A stretch of 64,000 nucleotides of DNA from Octopus sinensis (taxonomy: Eukaryota), in the NCBI RefSeq assembly GCF_006345805.1, contig NC_042998.1, positions 166,346,001-166,410,000 on the forward strand, given 5' to 3'. Position numbers and translations under genes: made by a program. Below, one piece after another: positions 54,493-64,000 of the stretch. The notes beneath the pieces were generated by a model. The model did no database searches. It saw only the letters and a list, made by a program, of their open reading frames with translations, and had not been told where the DNA came from. Within the stretch, counting starts at the first letter, position 1; the number at the start of each line of letters is the position of its first letter.

Positions 54493-54870
54493 AAGGCGGC
54501 GAGCTGCCAGAAACGTTAAGACACCGGGCAAAATGCTTAGCGGCATTTCGTCCGTCTTTACGTTCTGAGTTCAAATTTCACCGAGGTCGACTTTGCCTTT
54601 CATCCTTCGGGCGTCGATAAAATAAGTATTAGTGGAGTATTGGGGTCAAGGTAATCGATTTATACAACTCCGTTGAACTTTCAGGCTTTGTGCCAAAATT
54701 TGAAACCAATATTTTCAAAGGATGAAAGTTGGGAGAAATGGTAGAGTGACTGACAAAGTGCTTCCGGTATTTAGCAACGGCTCTTTACCTTGAGAACGAA
54801 TCTCACTGCGGTCACCTTTGCCTTTAACTCTTCAGGGGGTCGATAAAGTACCAGTCATGCATTGGACTCG
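54493..54870 (+). mobile_element. Two tandem SINE family A copies
   Basis: Intact copy 54493-54712, diverged copy after it. Confidence 0.8.
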
Positions 54871-55377
54871 GGGAATGTGCCTATGTAAGAAATTAGCATT
54901 AATAACCACAAACTGCATAACTGAAAGTTCATTTTATCTGTAGAGATAAGCTGAAAGTTTTATCGCTGCCATGTATAGGAGTAGATTTACTACATCAAAT
55001 ATAAGTATTGAGGACTGGACCAAAGATTTTTCAATAAGAAGTCTGTTTCTCAGCCACATAGTTTCCAGTTCAATCCCCTATTTGACACATTAATACAATT
55101 ATATTAATGTGTCCAACTGATTAAAAGTCTATTTTTGCAGTTGATGATAGCCCTGCATTTAAATTGATGTAATGATTGTATTGTTCAATTAAATGGAGCC
55201 GCTTGAAACGGTCGTACTGCATCACTACTTGATATCCTCTTGCTTATTTTGATTTTATTCACCTTACTTCGCGCAGTGCGAATAATACCGGATTAAGTAC
55301 CTAATTCAACTAAATCACAATTGTTTCTTACACACACACACGTGTGTGTGTATTACTTTTCTTTTATTTGTTTATTT

Positions 55378-55576
55378 CTTTTAGTCATTGACTGCGGCCC
55401 TGCTGGAATACTGCCTTCAGTCGAACAAATCCACCCCTGGACTTATTCTTTGTAAGCCTAGTACTTATTCTATCGGTCTCTTTGGCCGAACCACTGTGTT
55501 ACGGGAACGTAAACACACCAGAATCGATTGTCAAGCGATGGTATGGGTGTGTAACAAGCATAGACACATAAACATA

Positions 55577-55638
<62 letters not shown>

Positions 55639-55790
55639 CAATTCTTTTAGTTTCCGTCCACCAAATCCACTTACAAGGCTTTGGTCGGCCCGAGGCTATA
55701 GTAGAAGACACTTACTCAAGATGCTATGCAGTGGGACTGAACCCAGAACCATGTGGTTGGTAAGCAAGCTACTTACCACACAGCCACACC
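55378..55790 (-). mobile_element. SINE family B, full copy
   Basis: Reverse of 16861-17250. Confidence 0.85.
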
Positions 55791-56091
55791 TGCACGTACA
55801 TACGTACATACATACATGCATGCATACATGCATATAAGAACAAAAATAAGAACAGTAACAAAGGAGTGAAGAACGAATATATAGTGTGTATGTTTATTTG
55901 CCCCCCACACACACACACAAAAATGACCGTCCTGAAACGATATATATATATAAATACATACATACATACATGCAGACATACATATATATATAATATATAT
56001 ATAATATATATATATTATATATAATATATATATATATATATATATTATATATGATTATATATATACATATACATCATATGTATAGGAGTAG

Positions 56092-56272
56092 TACCCCCAC
56101 CATAGGTCATGAATGACCATGGGTTTACACCCAGAAGTTAACCTTGGAGGCACAATTTCGAGCAAGCTTGTTATGGAAGACCAGCAGTTGCCACGCATAC
56201 CGCCTCCCCTCTCCACGCCACCGATGTATCCCAGGGAAAAGCAAAGCCGATACAGCTTGGCACAAACGACAT
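56092..56272 (-). mobile_element. SINE family C tail fragment
   Basis: Matches 1555-1730. Confidence 0.75.
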
Positions 56273-56301
56273 ACTAACACATATATATATATATAATATA
56301 T

Positions 56302-56345
<44 letters not shown>

Positions 56346-56521
56346 AACGGCGATGTGCAATGTGATACCATAAAGGGAAAATATAACTATCACTAAACGC
56401 GAGAAAAAGAGTCAAGACACATACATTGCTAGAGATAAGAGCTAAAATGCTCTAATGCCGAAGGGAAAAGCACATACATGCTCACATGGGCTGCAATCGC
56501 CCAAAACACCGCCAAGAGAAA

Positions 56522-56575
56522 TCCTTAGACTGAACGTTCAGTTTCGGCTATTTCCGTATCCTTCGTCAGTGCGGA
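56522..56575 (-). ncRNA. Type I hammerhead ribozyme with intact core in a pLTR-like fragment (about 56345-56610)
   Basis: TCCGCA-CTGACGA-A-GGATA-CGGAAA-TAGCC-GAAA-CTGAACGTTCAG-TC-TAAGGA; perfect 12-nt palindrome as stem III; GUC site; 2 mismatches in stem I, 1 in stem II. Confidence 0.75.
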
Positions 56576-56779
56576 CCACTCGTTCGGAAGTTTCTGGATC
56601 AATCCTCTGTCAGCATATATACATTTACCATAAAAATCTATGGATGATGTAGCAGATCGCTAATGTATATTCAAGAATTAATATAAACTGTCATGTGCAA
56701 TAGTAAAGGAAAATATTATTGTCACTAAACACGGCTAAGTGGGGTGTCAAAGCATCTACATTGCTAGAAATGTGTATGT

Positions 56780-57030
56780 GTGTGCGTGTGTGTGTCTTTG
56801 TCTCTGTGTTTGTCCCCTACCATTGCTTGACAACCAGTGTTGGTGATTTTACGTTCTCGTTACTTAGTTCGACGAAAGGAACCGATAGAAAAATCACGCC
56901 CCCGTTATTTAGTTTGGCAAAAAGGGACCGATAGAATAAGTACAAACAAAGAAGTACTGAGGTCGATGCATTGGACTAAAAATTCTTCAAGATGGAGCTC
57001 CAGCATGGACTCAGTCTAATAACTGAAAAA
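56780..57030 (+). mobile_element. SINE family B tail
   Basis: TTTGTCCCC...ACAACCAGTGTTGGTG...CTCCAGCATGG. Confidence 0.7.
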
Positions 57031-57351
57031 GTAAAAAATAGATAAAAGTATTGAAAATTTGCATCTTTCCTGTTATACTAGTTAGAAATAAATAATAAGG
57101 AAATAAATACAATAAGATTTTTTTTTAGAAAAAGAAAACAGGTATTTACTATAGTTGTGGTGGTCCAGCCTGTGTAGTGGCTTGAGTGAAATCTGAATAT
57201 TTAATCTATTCTTTCTCATTCAGCATTGTGGTTAGACAATGAAAAGGACGAAGGGTAACGGTTGCTGGGTTGCGTTCCTAGGAACAATTGACCTTAATCC
57301 GGCACCCCATACACACACCACACCACACACTTTTATTGTTATATACTGAGT

Positions 57352-57399
<48 letters not shown>

Positions 57400-57436
57400 A
57401 TATATATATATATAAAAATAAATATATATATAATAT

Positions 57437-57486
<50 letters not shown>

Positions 57487-57583
57487 TCCGTAATAATGAA
57501 GGGTAATTAATTAATTTGGAATAATTATCATTAACCAAGTAGTCTTCGGCATGTAAAAGCCTCATTCGAGAAAATTTAAGTAA

Positions 57584-58214
57584 TACTAAGCAATAAAGGT
57601 TTTAGCAACGAATTGCCTTACCACATACCGAATTAGAAATAGCAGTCAAAGAGTTATAGCTATTTTTCTTCTACTAAAAAGGGAGATCTCAGTAAAAACA
57701 GCAATTGGAAGGCAGACACAACAGGTAAGAGAGAATGAATTGACGGCAATCTATCATACAATTTTAATTATCTACGGACGTTACGTTTCGAAATCAAGTC
57801 TTTAGGAAAGGAGAAATATAAGAATTAAATATTCTATCTCTTACCAAAAACTTCTTTTCTCTTCAGCGTATAATACTATAATCATAAATGATCATAAATA
57901 ATACATAAATCATTTATGATTATAGTATTCTACGCTGAAGAGAAAAGAAGTTTTTGGTAAGATAGAATTATTTAATATTTAATTCTTATGCTTTCCTAAA
58001 GACTTGATTCGAACGTACGTCCGTAGATAACTTAAAATTGTATGATAATTGCCGTCAATTCATTCTCTCTTACCTGTTTGTGTCTGCCTTCCAATTGCTG
58101 TTTTTACTGAGATCTCCCTTTTTAGTAGAAGAAATAGCTATAACTCTTTGACTGCTATTTCTAAATTCGGTATGTGGTAAGGCAATTCGTTGCTAAACCC
58201 TTTATTGCTTAGTA
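57584..58214. repeat. Long inverted repeat (309/306-bp arms, 16-nt spacer) of a pLTR-like element
   Basis: 57584-57892 is the reverse complement of 57909-58214, differing almost only by 1-3 nt indels; each arm has CTAAAGA...GAA(A)CGTA(A)CGTC. Confidence 0.95.
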
Positions 58215-58248
58215 TATATATTATATATATATATATATATATCTATTA

Positions 58249-58294
<46 letters not shown>

Positions 58295-58314
58295 TATATA
58301 TATATAATATATAT

Positions 58315-58348
<34 letters not shown>

Positions 58349-58539
58349 ATAGTATATATATATATATGAATATAATATAAATATTATATATAATATATAT
58401 ATATATATATATAGGTTGAAGATATGTGGAAAAAAATATAAAAGTGGAAGAGAATGCCTTCGTTTCATATAATTTAATATATTTTTATAAATGTATACAT
58501 ATTATTATATGGATGTCGTGAAATCCAACCGGTTTTCGC

Positions 58540-58591
<52 letters not shown>

Positions 58592-59404
58592 ATAGATAGA
58601 TAGAATAGATAGATATAGGTGCATGCAAGCATGAATGTGTGTGTATATGTACACATATATACATATACTCATATATTTATGTCTATATATATTTTTGTAA
58701 GTAAATACACGCGCGCGCCCATGTGTGTGTGTGTGTGTATTCAGATATAAACAAACTATAGTTATGACTGAGATAAGGAAAAGAAAGAGAAGGAAACAGT
58801 GAGAGATTACAGGATACAGGAATAGAGAATTAGTGGCAGGAGTAATTAACTGAATAACGTTCAGCACGGCGGATGGAATAGTACAAACTGCGCGAGAGAA
58901 AGAGTGAGAGTAAGTGAGTGAGTGAGTTACTGGGTGAGTGAGTGAGTGAGTGAGTGAGCAAAATATATACGGACCAAGAGAGGTGTATTATAAATAAGAA
59001 AAGAATTAAGACAAATCTGGTTCTCTCTGATAATGTTTATTTCGCTTTTATTATTGTTATTTATTCTCTCTCCTCCTCCTCTCTCTTCGTCTTTCTCTCT
59101 CACACACTCTTTCTTTCTCTCTCTTTCTCTCTCTTTCTCTCTTTCTCAGTCAGGGTCACAATAACCTGTAAACATGAATTTCACCTACTTTTAAGAACTA
59201 TACATTCCTATGTTGGAGAGACTCAATCGTTCGAATAAATGAAGTGATAGTGTTATCAAATACCAAACTATATGTGTTACTATGGCAGTTATTTACTTGC
59301 ATAAGATGCATGAATAGACTACACTCATGCGTATAAATATTAGCATTGACAGAAACATAGCATAGATCCATTTATGTATATATATATATATATATATACC
59401 TACA

Positions 59405-59610
59405 CACAAATCGTTGGCGATTTTCTTTCTCCGTTTTCTCTTCCTTGGACTTCCCCTTTTTCTCTGTTTCTGACGAAGGGCTCCACTCGAAACGTTAAAT
59501 CCTCCTTCTTTCTTTCTTTCCTTTCCTGAGCGTCCAATAATACTATACTTGTTCCACGTCGTCGCGTTGTTGTGTTTTCTCTTTGTTCATGTTTGGATTA
59601 ACAGAGTGCC
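59405..59610 (+). mobile_element. pLTR-like fragment with HHR-like motif
   Basis: CTGACGA-A-GGGC-TCC-ACTC-GAAA at about 59470-59492; stems I and III not recoverable; between TA tracts. Confidence 0.5.
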
Positions 59611-59628
59611 AGTATAATATATATATAT

Positions 59629-59710
<82 letters not shown>

Positions 59711-59721
59711 TATATATATAT

Positions 59722-59819
<98 letters not shown>

Positions 59820-59821
59820 CT

Positions 59822-60008
59822 GGCACTCTGTCGATTATGACGACAAGGGTTCCAGTTGATCCGATCAATGGAACAGCTTGCTCGTGAAATTAACGTACAA
59901 AATGACTGAGCACTCACCAAACATGTGTGCATCCTTAACGTACTTCGCAGGGAGATTCAGCGTGACACATTATGCGCCAAGGCTGGCCCTTTGAAATACA
60001 GGTACTAT
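59822..60008 (-). mobile_element. SINE tail fragment (second tail type)
   Basis: Matches 5657-5830. Confidence 0.75.
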
Positions 60009-60216
60009 TCTACGATTCATGGGTTACTGTGGTATAAAGTAGAGGGTCAACATCTCAAGATTTCTTTTCAGATTTGATCTGAATATCTGTAACAAAATAG
60101 ACCAAAAGTAGAGCTCAATTCGTATTGTGACGGAAACAGCTTGCTGATCGCTTCAGTCATACTTGATGCTCTCTTCTATATGGTTATTCCATGCAAATCT
60201 GCTCGATTTTATCTAG

Positions 60217-60471
60217 TATTTCATCGAGGGTCTCAATCTGTGCAGCAAACAGTTTGGTGTAGTTGGAACATATCTTGGTTTCTATAACCCATTCAGTGAT
60301 TTGTTGATGACCGTTGCAAGAAAAGGAAAAACATTCGAAGTGTTCAGTGAGGTGACATATTATGTGATGTTGACAGCTTATGGAGACTTGATGTCTGCTG
60401 TAAAAAGAAGTTGGGATGAGTCAGAAGGAAAGAGAACTACCATTCCTATTACGATGGAATCAGTTTGCTAA
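60217..60471 (+). CDS. Candidate terminal coding exon, 84 aa, unknown product
   Basis: GATTTTATCTAG| then YFIEGLNLCSKQFGVVGTYLGFYNPFSDLLMTVARKGKTFEVFSEVTYYVMLTAYGDLMSAVKRSWDESEGKRTTIPITMESVC*; protein-like composition; the in-register antisense frame is also open. Confidence 0.55.
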   Translation, partial: YFIEGLNLCSKQFGVVGTYLGFYNPFSDLLMTVARKGKTFEVFSEVTYYVMLTAYGDLMSAVKRSWDESEGKRTTIPITMESVC

Positions 60472-60536
60472 TCGCTCCAGTTTCTGTATTGGCAGCTTCT
60501 TTATTCATACAAATCAGATCTATATAATCCAGTATC

Positions 60537-61565
60537 AGGCGGTGAGCTGACAGAATCGTTTACACGCCGGGCAAAATGCTTAGCGACATTTCGCCCGTCT
60601 TTGCGTTCTAAGTTCAAATTCTGCCGATGTCGATTTTGCCTTTAATCGTTTCGAGGTTGATAAATTAAGTAGCAGTTCAACTCTGAGGTTGAAATAACAT
60701 TTGTCGTCATCTGTAATCGTATTATTCAAAAGTATTTGATCTACTTTTTAATCAATAGCACGGAATATAATGGATAAGTGACGAGTGGTAGAATCGTTTC
60801 CTTTCCCTGTTGCGAAAGTTTGAGATCTTACGTATTGTCCATAAGTGCTGATTTTCTTCCTTTGACTAAAATTTAGAAAAATCCAGTGTTTAAATTTCAC
60901 TAGACTCGACATTGCATATTTGCTTTATAAAAGCAGGGCAGCGACCTGACAGAACTGTTGGTGCGCCAGACAAACTGCTTTGCAGTATTTCCTCTGGAGT
61001 CTTAGGCTTTGAGTTCAAATGTTGCCTTTCATCCTTTCGACATCGATAAGATAAAGTATCGGTCAAGTATTGAAGATTGATGTAATCAACTTGTTCTAAT
61101 CCTCTCCATATTGCTGATCCCGAACCAAAAATAGAAAGAATTATTAAAATTTGGTAGAATTAAGGCGGTGAACTGGCAGAATGGTTAGCATGCCGGACAA
61201 AATGCTTAGCGGCATTTCGCACGTCTTTACGATCTGAGTTCAAATTCCGCCAAGGTCGGCTTTGCCTTTCACCCTTTCAGGTCTGATAAAATAAACACCA
61301 GTTGTGTGCTGAGGTCGACGTAATTGACAAGCTTCCCTCATCCCCAAACTCAAATAAATATTCAGGCCTTTGCCTATAGTAGAAAGGATTATTCAGTAGA
61401 CTCAAAGTGGTATGCTGGCAGAATCGTTAGCGCGACGAACAAAGTGCTTAGCGGCATTTCTTCGGGCTCTTTATGTTTCGAGTTTAGACCTGGCGTTCAA
61501 TGAAATAAAATACTAGTCAAGTAAAGGGAAATAGATGTAATCGGCTATCCCCTCCCCTTAAAATC
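60537..61565 (+). mobile_element. Array of 4 SINE family A units
   Basis: Heads GG(Y)GAGCTG(G)CAGAA-like at about 60540, 60940, 61166, 61408. Confidence 0.8.
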
Positions 61566-63157
61566 GCTATCTTAAACCCTGCGACGAATCAGCGTCCAGT
61601 TCAGGTTGAGGTATAGGTCACGGCTACGGAAGCCGTGTAACGGTCTTCATGAGTCCAAGAACGCAAGAAAAAATTTAAAATGTGTGGAGTGTTGTATTTT
61701 TTTTTTCCTTTTCTAAATGCATTTTGCAATCTGGTTCCAAATACCAGTTGAAATAACTATTTTTACTTATCTTCCTCAAAAGGATAGAAATGCAGTTCCA
61801 CAGCTGTCAACTGGTATTTCTTAGTAGAATGTTTTAAATTGCTTTAATTCTTCCCACATCTTTGTAAGTTGCAATATGCAGAGAAATTCAATAATGTCTA
61901 TCGCTTTTCAACAGTTTACCACCGTCTTAAGTGCATTAAATTTCCGTTTTATCAATATATTGCTTCCCTGTATTTAGATGGATTGAATACTTAATTGTTT
62001 CAGTAAAAGTTCCTTCTTGACTGCTTTTTTTTATTTCAAGTCTCATTGACTTATATTTTTCCTTTCTCCCTATTCTATATAACCCTTTCTTTCTCATTTT
62101 CCCACCATATTCTTGAAGAGGCGGGGTCAACAAAGGAAACAGTGGATTGGTCAGTTAAGAACGTCAGACGTTTCAATAAAATGACCATCGTAAACAACAA
62201 ACTTGATAACTTCCTCCACTTAAAACGTCATCACATTATCACATTTTATGTAAGTGTAATATAATTTACTGTAAATAAAGTCGCCACATATATCATATAT
62301 TGGTATCCGTGCCAAATAGTTGGCACTTGAATGTTTCCCCGGTTTGATTTAGGTTTATTTATTTATTTACATATTTGAGGGTACTTTTTGCCACAAGTGC
62401 AGCACTCTCATCTTTTGTAAAATACTAATTAGTTTTCATATTGAAAAGAAGTAAAATGACAAGGGAAGTTTTATTATTACAGTTTAGAATAAACTTGATA
62501 ACCAGATAGTTAAAAAACAAACAACAACAATTAAATTACATACAATTGGGAGTTCAAACTCTTGAAAAACCTAACTTTGACAAAATTAAGCCAATATTTT
62601 GCTAAGAACTACTCTAGTAGAGTAGAACATCCGATCATTAAAATCACACATAAGTCTAAACCTTAATAACTCATTAGAACCCAATTGTTCTGCTTGTTTG
62701 GTGAACAAATTATAGTTGAGTTTGAATGATGAACAGTGATATTATCACAACAATTTCAGTTTACATATTAGAATCAATGTGTACTTTAAATGTTTGAGTT
62801 AACAGAGAATAAGTCTACAAGTTTTATAGCCAATTGTTTGCATCCGAACTAAGGAACTTGAGCTGCGGCTATCACCAACAGGGGGACATTATATCTTATC
62901 GCTGAAAAGTAGCTGGTCCTGCCACTTTATTTGTAATGAGCGTTTCGTTGGATTCCAGTATTGGATTTATATGTTCCCATGGTCCTTGTGAGAGCAAAAG
63001 GAAGCGACGCCAACAATTTAACTTCAAACCATTTCGATGAAATTTGCATTAGTCTCAATTCAGAACCGTTTATATTGAGAACTATTCGTTCGGAATTATT
63101 CCGTGATCTTGCTCCACACTAAACTCAGTATAGACTGGTAAACAGAATCTTTACTTT

Positions 63158-63386
63158 GCGAGCTGGCAGAAACGTTAGCACGCCGGGCGAAATTCTTAGC
63201 GGTATTTCGTCTGCCGTTACGTTCTGAGTTCAAATTCCGCCGAGGTCGACTTTGCTTTCATCCTTTCAGATCGACAAATTAAGTACCAGTTACGCACTGG
63301 GGTCGATGTGATCGACTTAATCCCTTTCTCTGTCCTTGTTTGTCCCATCTATCTTTAGCCCCTTGTGGGCAATAAAGAAATAAGAA
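63158..63386 (+). mobile_element. Young, near-complete SINE family A with TSD
   Basis: Direct repeat AGAATCTTTA(C/G)TTTGCGA at 63144-63161 and 63383-63400, overlapping both element ends by 4 nt. Confidence 0.92.
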
Positions 63387-63660
63387 TCTTTAGTTTGCGA
63401 TAATCTATCACGAAAATTGGATTAATTATGAAGGACTATATCTGAGATATTTTCTATTTGAATGGCAATCTCACTAGCATTACCTATTTAATAAAAGTCT
63501 CTCAGCTTGACATTCAATGATTTTCCACCACGAACTCGAGTAATTAAATCGAAGTCATCATCCTAATTTCAAACAAACAACCTTGTTATTTCATTTATGA
63601 CATTGATGTAGCTCATCTGCAGGTTATTTTTACTTTATTTCGTTATACCACCCCTCTCTT

Positions 63661-63691
<31 letters not shown>

Positions 63692-64000
63692 TTCTCTCTC
63701 TCTCTCTCTTGCTCTCTCTTTAATTCATTAACATATCTCACGTTCCTCCGTTCTCTCCGCATAAAAACCCGTATCTCATCTTAGCCTCATATGTCTGAAC
63801 CCTTAATTTGCATTTTAACTTTCTGATATAACCTTCTTCATTTTATCTTGCACTTACACTCTTACCTGCCATATCTTTCCTTGCTATCCACCTCTTTCGC
63901 CACCCTTACCACCTTTATATATTTTTATTTGTGTGCTTACATCTCTTGCATGCTATCAAGTGAAGTGGTCAGTTCCGCTGCCACATTAATATATTAATTT

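Noticed and set aside
58866-58910. 45-nt exon HGGWNSTNCARERVR with GTAAGT donor
   Set aside because: No pyrimidine tract; donor lies in a GA/GTGA repeat edge
62105-62150. HHR-like TTGAAGA...GAAA...GTC
   Set aside because: No pairing for stems I, II or III

Overview
AT-rich, repeat-dominated eukaryotic DNA. The SINE families and compound TA/CA/GATA/TAA microsatellites look like those of an Octopus genome (inference, no search run). Almost every ORF in the supplied track is a translated microsatellite. Recognisable content: dozens of tRNA-derived SINE copies in three families; decayed non-LTR retroelements (a Penelope-like RT, three RTE tails, two REL-endonuclease elements flanked by microsatellites); decayed DNA transposons (mariner, Tc1, rosa DD41D, Chapaev3-like, hAT MITEs); and about ten hammerhead-ribozyme (HHR) or HHR-like motifs in Penelope pLTR-type fragments. 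Two of those fragments are fold-back (inverted) duplications, and one carries near-complete HHRs on both strands (42424-42674). A + strand multi-exon gene of unknown product can be assembled by hand from phase-compatible exons between 30344 and 60471; one reading contains an in-frame TAG at an exon end. No true tRNA, rRNA or CRISPR was found. All translations and folds were done by eye, so repeat boundaries are approximate.
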